A stretch of DNA of 38,413 bases from Gemmatimonadales bacterium (GCA_041615815.1 JBFJCP010000035.1:1-38413), one strand, 5' to 3'; positions 9,278 to 18,976 are shown, numbered from the stretch's first letter. Notes: generated by a model not told the origin, from the letters alone. A program made the numbers and translations.

Positions 9278-9363
9278 CGTCGAGCACGCATAGTCCGCCG
9301 GTCCGCGGCGCGGCGCGGCGCGTCCTACAGTGGCCACGCGACCGAGCTGTGTCGACCCCCGAG

Positions 9364-9610
9364 CCTGACGAGACGGCGCCGGCCACACCCCCGAGGCGCG
9401 TTCGTCGAGCATACGCCCCACGATCGTGGCGATCTCGGCCACTGCCGTCTGGGGCCGCTTGCCCGCGCGATGGACGCCACACACCGCTGTCGTGCACGAG
9501 TGATCGAGGGTGGGGCTCCAGCGCGTCGCACCCCTCTGGTCCTTGCCGTAGGTGAGGTAGGCGGAGAGGGTATCGAGACCCGTCCCCGGGCGCTCGCCGA
9601 TGAAGTGCAC
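9364..9610 (-). pseudogene. Orphan, diverged 3' end of the eutBC fusion gene
   Basis: Aligns without gaps to 11624-11870 with 27 mismatches in 247 nt by hand count. The TAG stop has become CAG. Confidence 0.9.
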
Positions 9611-9698
9611 CCGGTGTGGATCGAGGACGGCGAATACCTCCTGTTCTCGGACGTTCCGCAGAACAGGATCTATCTATGGAAGGAGGGGACGGGCCATC
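9610..9698 (+). pseudogene. Internal fragment of the gluconolactonase gene
   Basis: Matches 14132-14220 with one mismatch (PVWIEDGEYLLFSDVPQNRIYLWKEGTGH). Confidence 0.9.
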
Positions 9699-9763
9699 CC
9701 CTCATCAGAATGGTGAATGCTTCGTAAGGGACATCGAGGCAGCGACGCCGAAAGGAGCAGGCG

Positions 9764-10060
9764 ATGCAGACGTACGTACTGCTGACCAAGCTCTCTCCCG
9801 ATGTCGGCAAGAGAGTGAAAGATCGAGCCAAGTTGGGCCGCGCGTGGCTACAGGAAGTAAGGGAGAAGTGCCCCGAGGTGAAGTTTCTCTCGCACTACGC
9901 CCTGCTGGGGAGATATGACTTCCTCGACATCTACGAGGCACCGAACGAAGAGACAGCCGCGAAAGTCTCCCTAATCAGCCTGTCGCACGGCGCCTTCCAG
10001 GTCGAGAGCCTGGTTGCCATACCATACAAACGCTTCGTGGAGCTGATCGATGAGATTTGA
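9764..10060 (+). CDS. GYD-domain protein
   Basis: AAGGAG RBS; 98 aa; YALLGRYDFLDIYEAPNEETAAKVSL motif. Confidence 0.85.
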   Translation: MQTYVLLTKLSPDVGKRVKDRAKLGRAWLQEVREKCPEVKFLSHYALLGRYDFLDIYEAPNEETAAKVSLISLSHGAFQVESLVAIPYKRFVELIDEI

Positions 10061-10140
10061 GCGCGTCGAGTAAACGAGGTTCGCGGCCGACAACACGAGA
10101 CATCGCGTGGATCGCGCTCTCCCAGGTGGATGACCCGCAC

Positions 10141-10175
10141 GGTGGGGCGCCCAGGCGGCAAGGCGGCGCCCCACC
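10141..10175. terminator. GC-rich hairpin between convergent genes
   Basis: GGTGGGGCGCC / GGCGCCCCACC: perfect 11-bp stem, 13-nt loop, no U-tract. Confidence 0.5.
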
Positions 10176-10201
10176 CTCAGCGAAGCTGGATCTGCCTTGC
10201 C

Positions 10202-10939
10202 CTACGGCTGGGGCACCACCGTGTTCCAGATGTAGTCGGTGTGCGTGGGGCAGACTTCGTTGAGCTCTCTGTTGGACATGGGTGGCATATCGGGGCCCAT
10301 GGTCTCTTGCGCATTCAGCAGGCTCTTGGCATCGGCCGCGCCGATCACCGCCAACCGGCGGTACTTGCCCCCGTGACGGTGTGAGAGCCATCCCCAGGAG
10401 CTGATGGTCCCCTGGGAGACGTGCCGGTCCCACACCGGCGCAATGAGCCGGGTCACGACACTGTCGGCCCGCGCCTGCTGTGTCTGGTCACACACGTAGT
10501 ACGTCGAAAGCGATGCGCCGCCACCGGTGCCGGCGAGGCTGCTCTGTCCCACGATGTTCCAGATGTAGTCGTCGTGCGAGGGACAGATGGTGCCCAACTC
10601 CCGTCCCTCAGCGGCATGGTTTTGCTGGATCTCCTGCACGAACTCCTCTCGGGCGTCCAGCATTGCATCTCGATCGGTGCCAATCCAGTACATGAGGCGG
10701 CGCCAATCGCCTCCCATGGCGTGCGCATTCAATCCCCACTGGCTGTATGCACCGGCTGCCACTTGGCGGTCAAAGATGGGCCCGAAGGCATTGCGGATGA
10801 TCTCATCCGCGCGGCTTTCCTCCCCCTGGGCACAGCGGTAGTACAGGGCGAACACGACCCCCTGCCCCTCCTGCGCAAAGAGAGGCGGCGCCAGAAACAT
10901 CAGCGCCAGGGCGAGTACGATGGCGAACCTGGGATGCAT
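10202..10939 (-). CDS. Exported hypothetical protein with an internally duplicated domain (YYxC...WG...HxxGG...CPxHxDYIW x2)
   Basis: GGAGG RBS before ATG 10939; signal peptide ending LFA-QE; two clearly homologous halves. Confidence 0.85.
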   Translation of the reverse strand: MHPRFAIVLALALMFLAPPLFAQEGQGVVFALYYRCAQGEESRADEIIRNAFGPIFDRQVAAGAYSQWGLNAHAMGGDWRRLMYWIGTDRDAMLDAREEFVQEIQQNHAAEGRELGTICPSHDDYIWNIVGQSSLAGTGGGASLSTYYVCDQTQQARADSVVTRLIAPVWDRHVSQGTISSWGWLSHRHGGKYRRLAVIGAADAKSLLNAQETMGPDMPPMSNRELNEVCPTHTDYIWNTVVPQP

Positions 10940-11210
10940 GGGAGACCTCCGCGGAGCTGGGTGTTGGCAATGGGATAGCCGCGGGTCGAGCCCGCGGACG
11001 TATCCGGTGCGGGACGGCCTGCACGGAGGGTAAGTGAATTGGTGGTCTGGAACCACGGAACGCAAGAGGACGACGCCGCGACTGGGACATTGCCGCGGCG
11101 GATCCGCGAGCCGGTCCCGTGCGTCTTGGGTGAGAGCAGCAACCACTGGCTTATTGAGGATCCCTAACTTGGTTCCCAGCGATCCTACCCTAGGCAACCC
11201 CGCGCAACGA

Positions 11211-11247
11211 AATCTGCATTTTTTATGCAGCATTTTTTATGCGGATT
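11211..11247. promoter_or_regulatory. Putative tandem operator (GCATTTTTTATGC x2 within a larger inverted repeat)
   Basis: AATCTGCAT-TTTTT-ATGCAGCAT-TTTTT-ATGCGGATT; an AT-rich patch in a gene-free gap. Confidence 0.45.
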
Positions 11248-11624
11248 CACATGACCGATTCGGCACCAGCCTCTGACCACGCGCGACTCGGATCAGTTGA
11301 TCTTGATACGATGTGACTCGCTCGGTAACGAACGAAAGCTGATGTTCGGGGTCGAGAACCCGAGTGGGAGCATGCCATACGACGATCGCGTGCCAGTCTG
11401 TTCTGCATTGTTGGCCGAATGGATCGTTGTAGAGGCGTTCTTCGGGAGTTGAAGGCGAGCGGAGGATTGACCAGTCCTGTGCGCCCTTTGCGATTGCAGT
11501 AAAGAGATGTAACGGGGCACGGCACGCCTACTCCACCCCACAATCGCACTAGCGAGCGCTGTGCGAAGACCTCGAGCGTCGACTCCACCAAGTTGCCTGA
11601 AGCCCTCGATGCAGCGGCCGTTCC

Positions 11625-13715
11625 CTAACGAGAGGGCGCCAGCGAAATGCCCGAGGTGCGCTGCTCGAGCATACGCTCCACGATCGTGACGATCTCGGCC
11701 ACTGCCGTCTGGGGCCGCTTGCCGGCGCGATGGATGCCACACACGGCCGTCGTGCACGAGTGATCCAGATTGGGGCTCCAGCGCCGCGCACCGTCCCGGT
11801 CCTTGCCGTAGGTGAGGTAGGCGGAGAGGGTATCGAGACCCGTCCCCGGGCGCTCGCCGATGAGGTGCACGATGGCGTCCGCGTCGACGAGTCCGCCCAC
11901 ATGGTAACCGGCGCGAACCCGTCCGTTCTCGATGACGACGTCCACCCCACCGACCGCAACACCTCGCACTGCGAGCGCCTGCCGCAGTGGTGGTAGTACG
12001 TGGCGCAGGTTCTCGTTCAATGCGTTGGCGTTGAGGCCATCCGACAACACCAGCTGCAGTGCCGGGCGTCGATCGGGGTACAGCGCGCGGAGGGCAGGCT
12101 GGTCGTCACCTCGTATTCGTTCGCCGGTGGAGGGGTGGTTGAGGTAGTCGTCCCGGTTCGTGGACTCGGTACGGACGCTCGCGAATCGGGGCGAGGTGGT
12201 CTCCAGCACCGCGGGCTCGACGCGCGCATACAGCGAGCGCCGCGCGTGCCGGTAGATGGCGTCCAGCCGCCGCCCTACGTCGGGTGGTGCCGAGTGGCCC
12301 GGCCCGTGGCCTCGACCGAGATCCCAGCCGCGATCGGCCAGTTCGTGAAGCTCTCGTTGCGCTTCCGATGCGAGCTCGGCGGCGGTCCGGCGATCGCCGC
12401 CCGCACGGTAGTATGCCGCGTAGAGCGATGCAACGTCCTCGGTGCGCGCGGAGTCTTCACCAACGCCGAGCCCGCGGAGCCGATCAGCCATCGGCGTCGC
12501 GATCCGCCGACCGGTGGCATGCCTGAGACGCGGATGTTGACGAAACGAGGTCGTGAGATACCCCAGCATGGGGTCGGCGTTGCCGGCCACGGCCATGAGG
12601 TACGCCGGTGCCGCCCGCGTTACGATCTCATCGGTGAGCGCTTCGAGGGTCGCCGGGTCGATTCCCATGTGGAAGGTGGCGCACACATCGAGGCCCATCG
12701 TGAGTCCGTGGAGCTTGGCCATCACGGCGTCTTCGAGGCAAGCGCGGAGTAGCTGCGCGGGACTTCTGAACACTTCGGGGCCGATGAAGCCCGCCACGTC
12801 GTTCACGATGGTCCAGGTGCCGGTGGTGTGCTGCATGGCGCGAGCGAGTCCGTACGTGCGTGCCTCGAGTGTAAGCATGTCCACGCCCATCGCGACGCCG
12901 TTGGTCACCTCGGAGCCCTGTCCGGTTTCGAAGTAGAGACCGCTGAATCCGTTGGCCAAGTCGAGCACGCCGTCGGCGTCGAGGCCGACCATGCTGCGAA
13001 GCGCGCGCGACGTGCCCGCCAGGCTCTGGAATCCGACGTCGATCCGCGTGTGTGCTCGCGCCGCGGTCTGCTTGACGATGTCGGACAGGACACAGAACCG
13101 CGTGGGCAGCTCGAGGCGGGTGACGATGCGCTCGAGCAGCTGCTCCAGCTGAATAATGGTCTCGACGTCGTTGGTGGCAGGGTTGATGCCCACGATGACG
13201 TCGCCGCAGCCGTAAGCGAGTCCCTCGAGCACAGAGAGGAGGATCTCCGTCTCCTCGTCGCCGGGGCTGTTGGGCTGGATCCGGGAGCCAAAATGCCCGG
13301 GCGCGCCGATCCGGTCTCCCGAGCCGGGCAGGGGATTGAACAGCTTCCCGGCCAGGGTCGAGAGGTCATCGTTTGTCATGGTCTTCGCCAGCGCCGCGAT
13401 CGCCTCGCTCGGGAGACCTGCGGCGTATCGGCTGGCCCAGTCGGCGCCGTGGGGGCCGAGCAGGATTTGCTTCACCTCCCCGATCGTGCGGTGCCGGACG
13501 TCGGCACGTTGGTCGTTGTCCGTGGCGCGCGCCAGCAGCTCGCTCACCCCGTCGTCGACGAACCGGGCGGGATCGAATTCGGCAATCGGCGTGCCCAGAA
13601 GCGCCCGTCGGGCTTCTTCGCGTGCGTGGGCGTCGTTCGTTCCGCCCACGAGACGGTCGCCCTCCTTGAACTCGCTGGCGAGCGTCATCGTGTGCTGCAG
13701 AGCGTCGGGAGGCAT
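11625..13715 (-). CDS. eutB: Ethanolamine ammonia-lyase, fused large (EutB) and small (EutC) subunits
   Basis: EutB motifs SRIQPNSP, GDVIVGINPA, YFETGQGSE, VAGFIGPE, ACLED, DPMLGY; EutC motifs RDDYLNHPSTG, SDGLNA, GRVRAG, LIGERPG, all in one 696-aa ORF. Confidence 0.9.
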   Translation of the reverse strand: MPPDALQHTMTLASEFKEGDRLVGGTNDAHAREEARRALLGTPIAEFDPARFVDDGVSELLARATDNDQRADVRHRTIGEVKQILLGPHGADWASRYAAGLPSEAIAALAKTMTNDDLSTLAGKLFNPLPGSGDRIGAPGHFGSRIQPNSPGDEETEILLSVLEGLAYGCGDVIVGINPATNDVETIIQLEQLLERIVTRLELPTRFCVLSDIVKQTAARAHTRIDVGFQSLAGTSRALRSMVGLDADGVLDLANGFSGLYFETGQGSEVTNGVAMGVDMLTLEARTYGLARAMQHTTGTWTIVNDVAGFIGPEVFRSPAQLLRACLEDAVMAKLHGLTMGLDVCATFHMGIDPATLEALTDEIVTRAAPAYLMAVAGNADPMLGYLTTSFRQHPRLRHATGRRIATPMADRLRGLGVGEDSARTEDVASLYAAYYRAGGDRRTAAELASEAQRELHELADRGWDLGRGHGPGHSAPPDVGRRLDAIYRHARRSLYARVEPAVLETTSPRFASVRTESTNRDDYLNHPSTGERIRGDDQPALRALYPDRRPALQLVLSDGLNANALNENLRHVLPPLRQALAVRGVAVGGVDVVIENGRVRAGYHVGGLVDADAIVHLIGERPGTGLDTLSAYLTYGKDRDGARRWSPNLDHSCTTAVCGIHRAGKRPQTAVAEIVTIVERMLEQRTSGISLAPSR

Positions 13716-13907
13716 TCGCTCAGGCTTTCCGCTGGGGTTCTTGTGGCGCTCGACCGAATCTACCGCACGGGGGGTGGAGCGAGCGAGGCGGCACGTGGAC
13801 CGGTGCAGCGCACGGAGACCGCGTTATGCCGGTCTCCTGGCCCCTACCGTATCGTGTCCGCATTATGCAGGCGAAACTGGGAGATCCCAGGGATAGTCGG
13901 AGACGAT

Positions 13908-14957
13908 ATGCATCACATGAGGATCGTAATCGTGCTGCCACTGCTTGCCGCGTGTGTCGGGAACGGCTCCACCCGCGGAGCCGCTGTGGGAAGTGAGGAA
14001 CCCTCCGCCTCCGGTGAGGCACCCGTGCAGACGATCGGATCGATCGAGCGGCTGGACCCCGCCATCGACTCCCTGATCCCCCCGGACGCCGTCATCGAAG
14101 TCTTGGCCGACGGCTTCGATTGGTCGGAAGGCCCGGTGTGGATCGAGGACGGCGAATACCTCCTGTTCTCGGACGTTCCGCAGAACAGGATCTATCGATG
14201 GAAGGAGGGGACGGGCCATCAGGTGTGGCTCGAGCCGTCCGGCTACACCGGCCGCGCCGCACGGGGTGGAGAGCCAGGCTCCAACGGCCTGTTGCTCGAT
14301 AGCGAAGGCCGGCTCGTCCTGTGCCAGCATGGCGACCGCCGAGTGGCTCGTCTGGATGCTCCGCTCACCGCTCCCGAGCCCGTTTTCACGACGCTCGCCG
14401 ATCGCTACCAAGGCAAGCGATTCAGCAGTCCGAACGACGCGGTGTTCGACAGTCGCGGCGCGCTCTACTTCACCGATCCGCCGTATGGACTCCCCGAGGG
14501 TCCGGCTGACCCGACGAAGGAAATACCGTTCAACGGGGTCTACCGTGTCGAAGTGGACGGAGCGGTGACGCTGTTGACGGACGAGCTGTCGCGTCCCAAC
14601 GGCATCGCGCTGTCGCCCGATGAGAAGACACTCTACGTCGCCAACTCCGATCCGGAGCGCGCCATCTGGATGGCGTACGATCTGCTCCCGTCCGGCGGGA
14701 TCGAGAACGGTCGCGTCTTCTTCGATGCGACGGGGCTGGTAGCCGATCGTCCCGGTCTCCCCGATGGCCTCAAGGTGGACGAAAACGGCAATCTGTTCGC
14801 CACCGGGCCGGGTGGTGTGCTCGTGTTCTCCCCGGATGGTCGTCATCTGGGTACCATCCGGACAACACAGGCGACGTCCAACGACGCCTTCGACGGGGGT
14901 GGTACCACGCTGTTCATGACGGCGGACAGCTATTTGCTCCGCCTCAGGCTCCGGTAG
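13908..14957 (+). CDS. SMP-30/gluconolactonase/LRE family lipoprotein
   Basis: Lipobox LLAA-C; WSEGPVW, GSNGL, SPND, YFTDPPYG, PNGIALSPD, PDGLKVD. Start trimmed to ATG 13908 after GGAG. Confidence 0.92.
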   Translation: MHHMRIVIVLPLLAACVGNGSTRGAAVGSEEPSASGEAPVQTIGSIERLDPAIDSLIPPDAVIEVLADGFDWSEGPVWIEDGEYLLFSDVPQNRIYRWKEGTGHQVWLEPSGYTGRAARGGEPGSNGLLLDSEGRLVLCQHGDRRVARLDAPLTAPEPVFTTLADRYQGKRFSSPNDAVFDSRGALYFTDPPYGLPEGPADPTKEIPFNGVYRVEVDGAVTLLTDELSRPNGIALSPDEKTLYVANSDPERAIWMAYDLLPSGGIENGRVFFDATGLVADRPGLPDGLKVDENGNLFATGPGGVLVFSPDGRHLGTIRTTQATSNDAFDGGGTTLFMTADSYLLRLRLR

Positions 14958-14958
14958 C

Positions 14959-15453
14959 GTGATCGTCGTCTTGATGGGCGTCTCCGGGGCGGGGAAGACT
15001 GCCGTTGGCGAGTCTCTGGCAAAGCGCCTGGGATGGATCTTCGTGGACGCCGACGATCTCCATCCAGCCAGTAACATCCGCAAGATGACGGCCGGCGTGC
15101 CGCTCACGGATGAGGATCGATTCCCGTGGCTTCTGAGTGTCCGCGGCGTCATGGTCGAGCATGCCACCGCCGGCCGGTCGGCGGTCGTCGCCTGCTCGGC
15201 GCTCAAGCAGACGTACCGCGAATTTCTCCGGCGAGGGCTTGCGGATGTTCGGTTCGTTTTCTTGCGTGGCGCGCCCGCTGTCTTGGAGCGCCGACTGCGT
15301 GAGCGTCGAAACCACTTCTTCGATCCCAATCTGCTCGCCTCGCAACTCGAGATCCTCGAAGAACCCACGGACGCGCTCGTGGTCGATGTCGATGGCGAAG
15401 TCGACGCGGTGATCGACGCGGTGGTGGCTGGCCTGGACCTCCCAATGTCTTGA
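14959..15453 (+). CDS. gntK: Gluconokinase (GntK/IdnK type)
   Basis: MGVSGAGKT P-loop, DADDLHP, PLTDEDRFPWL, ACSALKQTYR, LLASQLEILEEP. Confidence 0.92.
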   Translation: MIVVLMGVSGAGKTAVGESLAKRLGWIFVDADDLHPASNIRKMTAGVPLTDEDRFPWLLSVRGVMVEHATAGRSAVVACSALKQTYREFLRRGLADVRFVFLRGAPAVLERRLRERRNHFFDPNLLASQLEILEEPTDALVVDVDGEVDAVIDAVVAGLDLPMS

Positions 15454-15490
15454 GAATTGAGGAGTAAGGACTGGGCGTGTGGTCGTGGGG

Positions 15491-15554
15491 CGAGTGGCGC
15501 TCCCTCCGCGGGCAGCGGTGCGGGCGGACTCGACGGATTCGACCGCGCCACTCG
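15491..15554. terminator. Long-loop inverted repeat between convergent gntK and gntP
   Basis: CGAGTGGCGC (15491-15500) pairs with GCGCCACTCG (15545-15554), with imperfect outer extension. Confidence 0.3.
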
Positions 15555-15593
15555 GCCCGCGCTACGCCAGGCTACGAGGTCACAGCGTATCGC

Positions 15594-16946
15594 CTAGAGG
15601 AACAACGACAGCAGCAGGACCACGCCGAAGCCGGTGAGACCGACGATCGTCTCCATGACGGTCCACACCCGCAGGGTCTGTTTCTCGGACATGCCGAGAT
15701 AGCGGTTGACGAGCCAGAAGCCCGAGTCGTTGAAGTGGGAAAGGACGGTGGCGCCCGAGGCGATGGCGATGACCGTGGCCGCGACCATCGGCGGCGACAT
15801 CGTCGTGGCTTCGACGATCGGCCCTACCAGGCCGGCGGCCGTCACCATCGAAACCGTCGCCGATCCCTGCGCCACGCGGACCACCGCGGCGATCAGAAAG
15901 GCCAGCGCCACGAGCGGGAGCTGCGACGTGGCCATCCACTCGGCCGCCGCGGTGCCGACCCCGGCGGCGACCAGGACCTTCCCGAAGACGCCGCCGGCCC
16001 CGGTGACGAGAATGATGAGACCCACCGGCTCCAGCGACTTCGTGGCCATCCGTCGGACCGCATCGCTCGAAAAACCGAGCCGGGTGCCCAGCGCGTAGAA
16101 CGACAGCAGCGTCGCCACGATCAAGGCGGTGAACGGATGCCCGACAAACGTCAGGAGGTCGCGCATCCGATGTCCGTCCGGCAGGGCGACCGACGACGCC
16201 GTTCCGAGCAGGATGAGGACCAACGGAAAGGCAATGAGTCCCGCCGCCAGGCCGAAGCTGGGCACCCTGCCCGCGGTTTGGTGGTTCGTGGTCTCGGGCG
16301 GCAGATGCATGAAGTCGGGCACGTCCAGATGAATACGGCTGGAGACACGGCGGCCGAACCAGATCCCGCCGACGATCGTGGCGGGGATGCCGGCGACCGC
16401 ACCGATGGCGATGACCCATCCCAGATCGGCCCCCAGGAGGCCCGCGACGGCCACCGGTCCCGGCGTGGGTGGAATGAACGAATGCGCCACGGCGATGCCG
16501 GCGAGTAGCGGGATCGCATAGAACAAGAGCGACCGACCGCTGCGCCGGGCGAGGCTGTAGACCAAGGGGATGAAGAGAATCAGGGCCACATCGAAGAACA
16601 CGGGCACCGCGACGATCACACCGGTCAGCCCGAGCGCCCAGGGAGAGTAGCGGTCGCCGAACACCCGAAGCAGCGTGTTCGCGATAGCGCGGGCGCCGCC
16701 GGACTGCTGCAGCATCTCGCCGAACATGGCGCCCAGGCCGATGACCACGGCGATGTAGCCGAGGGTGCTCCCCATCTCTCGCTGAATCAGACCCGCGATC
16801 TCGACAAGCGGGATTCTGCCCAGGACCGCAACGACGAGGCTGGTCACGAGCAGGGCAATGAAAGCGTGGAGGCGGACCACGACCACCAAGCCGAGGAGCA
16901 AGGCAACGCCGAAGACCACCAGGCCAATGAGCGCGCCAGTCGACAT
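15594..16946 (-). CDS. gntP: GntP-family gluconate:H+ symporter
   Basis: LHAFIALL, PVFFDV, HSFIPPTPGP, RVAQGSATVS, SHFNDSGFWLV. Confidence 0.92.
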   Translation of the reverse strand: MSTGALIGLVVFGVALLLGLVVVVRLHAFIALLVTSLVVAVLGRIPLVEIAGLIQREMGSTLGYIAVVIGLGAMFGEMLQQSGGARAIANTLLRVFGDRYSPWALGLTGVIVAVPVFFDVALILFIPLVYSLARRSGRSLLFYAIPLLAGIAVAHSFIPPTPGPVAVAGLLGADLGWVIAIGAVAGIPATIVGGIWFGRRVSSRIHLDVPDFMHLPPETTNHQTAGRVPSFGLAAGLIAFPLVLILLGTASSVALPDGHRMRDLLTFVGHPFTALIVATLLSFYALGTRLGFSSDAVRRMATKSLEPVGLIILVTGAGGVFGKVLVAAGVGTAAAEWMATSQLPLVALAFLIAAVVRVAQGSATVSMVTAAGLVGPIVEATTMSPPMVAATVIAIASGATVLSHFNDSGFWLVNRYLGMSEKQTLRVWTVMETIVGLTGFGVVLLLSLFL

Positions 16947-17082
16947 CAGCTGTTACCGTCCATTGCCCAACCTCACGCGAACGCGGATGGTGATAACAGT
17001 CTGCCCCGCGATGCCGTCGCGCAAGTCAGCGAAAAGCCGTAGAATGGTTCGTGAAAACCACTGTCATGCGGAGGGACGAGTT

Positions 17083-17739
17083 ATGAAGCGCGCGAGTGCC
17101 ATGACGAGGTATGGACGGTCTCTCATGGCCATTGGCTGCTTTGTCTTCCTGGCCACTGTAAACACGCAAGAATGGACGCCACTCTTCAATGGGGGCGACC
17201 TCGAAGGCTGGAGTCATGTGGGAGACGGAGGTTTTACGATCGAAGATGGTCTCCTCAAGACGCATGGTGGAATGGGTCTCCTCTGGTATACCCCTCGCAA
17301 ATTCCACGACGTAACGTTGCGAGTCGTTTATAAAGGCGCCTCGCAAAACAATGCCGGCGTCTTCATTCGAATCCCGGAGGCCCCAACCGAACCATGGATG
17401 CCCGTACACACGGGATTCGAGGTTCAGATCGATGACAGAGAGGGTGAGTTTCACAGGACCGGTGTGCTCTACTCCCTGACGAAGGCTAAAGCGTCACCAG
17501 GGAAAGCTGGCGAGTGGAACGTCATGGAGATTACGTTGGACGGAAACAGGACGATCGTTGAAGTCAACGGCGTCCTGGTCACGGATTTCACGGAAGGTGA
17601 TGAGGTACCGCCAAAAGTGCACGACTATGAGCCGGACAGAGGTCCGAGGCCGGTGTCGGGCTATATCGGCCTACAAAACCATGGGGAAGGGGACGTCATT
17701 TATTTCAAAGAATTGAGCTATAAGCCGTTGCGCCAATGA
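17083..17739 (+). CDS. DUF1080 (3-keto-disaccharide hydrolase-like) exported protein
   Basis: WTPLFNGGDLEGW, NAGVFIR, FEVQIDD, GEWNVMEI, GYIGLQNHG. Start uncertain (17083/17101/17125). Confidence 0.88.
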   Translation: MKRASAMTRYGRSLMAIGCFVFLATVNTQEWTPLFNGGDLEGWSHVGDGGFTIEDGLLKTHGGMGLLWYTPRKFHDVTLRVVYKGASQNNAGVFIRIPEAPTEPWMPVHTGFEVQIDDREGEFHRTGVLYSLTKAKASPGKAGEWNVMEITLDGNRTIVEVNGVLVTDFTEGDEVPPKVHDYEPDRGPRPVSGYIGLQNHGEGDVIYFKELSYKPLRQ

Positions 17740-17814
17740 CACGAATGCACCGGCACCGACAATCGATTCGGTGCGGAGCACGTCACGAAATGCCGTACGC
17801 ACTATGGAACCGAT

Positions 17815-18894
17815 ATGAATGACAAAGTCGGCGTAGGTCTCATCGGGTCGCAGTTCATTTCGACCATTCATGCGGAGGCCCTGCAATCGATTTCGAAGGC
17901 TGAGGTTTTGGCCGTCATGTCGCCAACCGCCGGCCATGCTCGCGAGCTTGCGCGAAAATACGACATCCCCAATCACTTTAGATCTCTCGATGAGATGTTG
18001 GCGATGGACGACATCAAGATGGTTGTTGTCGGTGCGCCGAATTTCGTTCACTGCGATATCACATTGAAAGCCGCCGCCGCCGGCAAACATGTAGTGGTCG
18101 AAAAACCTCTATGCGTGAATCTGGCGGAGGCGGAGCGGATGATCGACGCCTGCAAACGGGCGAAGGTCAAACTGATGTATGCGGAGGAACTGTGCTTTAC
18201 CCCGAAGTACGTACGACTGAAGGGACTCCTGGATGAGGGCGCTCTGGGGAAGCCTGTCCTCCTGAAGCAATCTGAGAAGCATGATGGACCCCATGCGGAT
18301 CATTTTTGGGATGTCGAGCGCTCCGGGGGCGGGGTAACGATGGACATGGGGTGCCATGCCATCCAGTTCTTTCGTTGGTTGAATGGCAGAAATCCCATCA
18401 AATCCGTATACGCGCAGATGACCACGAGCGTTCATACGACAAAGACGAAGGGTGACGACAATGCGATCATTGTGCTCGAGTTCGAGAATGGGGTCATTGC
18501 GCTCGCAGAGGAGAGCTGGACAAAGCTAGGAGGCATGGACGACCGAGCAGAGATCCATGGTTCGGAGGGAGTTGCCTATGCCGACGTCCTGCAAGGGAAT
18601 TCTATCCAGACGTACAGCGCGAAAGGGGTCGGCTACGCGGTCGAAAAGGCCGGGATGACCACCGGGTGGAGCTTCACGATGTACGAGGAAGTGTGGAATT
18701 ACGGCTTCCCGCAGGAGCTCGAGCATTTCGTGCATTGCGTGAAGCATGACGAACAGCCACTCGTGACAGGTGAAGATGGAAAAGCGGTACTCGAGGTGAT
18801 ATTCGCGGCATATGAATCAGCGGGAACCGGAAAGAAGGTCATGTTGCCGTTTCACTCCGATGTGGACAAGCCGTACAAGCTTTGGAAGAAGTAA
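17815..18894 (+). CDS. Gfo/Idh/MocA family oxidoreductase
   Basis: GLIGSQFI, GKHVVVEKPL, SGGGVTMDMGCH, PLVTGEDG. Confidence 0.92.
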   Translation: MNDKVGVGLIGSQFISTIHAEALQSISKAEVLAVMSPTAGHARELARKYDIPNHFRSLDEMLAMDDIKMVVVGAPNFVHCDITLKAAAAGKHVVVEKPLCVNLAEAERMIDACKRAKVKLMYAEELCFTPKYVRLKGLLDEGALGKPVLLKQSEKHDGPHADHFWDVERSGGGVTMDMGCHAIQFFRWLNGRNPIKSVYAQMTTSVHTTKTKGDDNAIIVLEFENGVIALAEESWTKLGGMDDRAEIHGSEGVAYADVLQGNSIQTYSAKGVGYAVEKAGMTTGWSFTMYEEVWNYGFPQELEHFVHCVKHDEQPLVTGEDGKAVLEVIFAAYESAGTGKKVMLPFHSDVDKPYKLWKK

Positions 18895-18976
18895 TCGAGC
18901 CGAGTGTTACCCGTTTCGCTCCAACAACGTCGCCCGACCCCGAGAATGAACATCGACCAAGGTGGAGGTTGTCACC

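Noticed and set aside
12828..13907. Long N-terminal extension of the 709-aa ORF
   Set aside because: Antisense shadow of eutBC; the real gluconolactonase begins at the lipoprotein signal near 13908.
13716..13907. Cobalamin riboswitch upstream of eutBC
   Set aside because: Only short hairpins are present; no recognisable B12-box. An Infernal search would settle it.
9364..14220. Relic offsets of 2260 and 4522 nt (almost exactly 1:2), suggesting a periodic unit
   Set aside because: The intervening segments are unrelated in sequence; treated as coincidence.
16950..17000. GntR operator (TGTTACC half-site) upstream of gntP
   Set aside because: The matching half-site is about 35 nt away and imperfect, not the compact palindrome expected.
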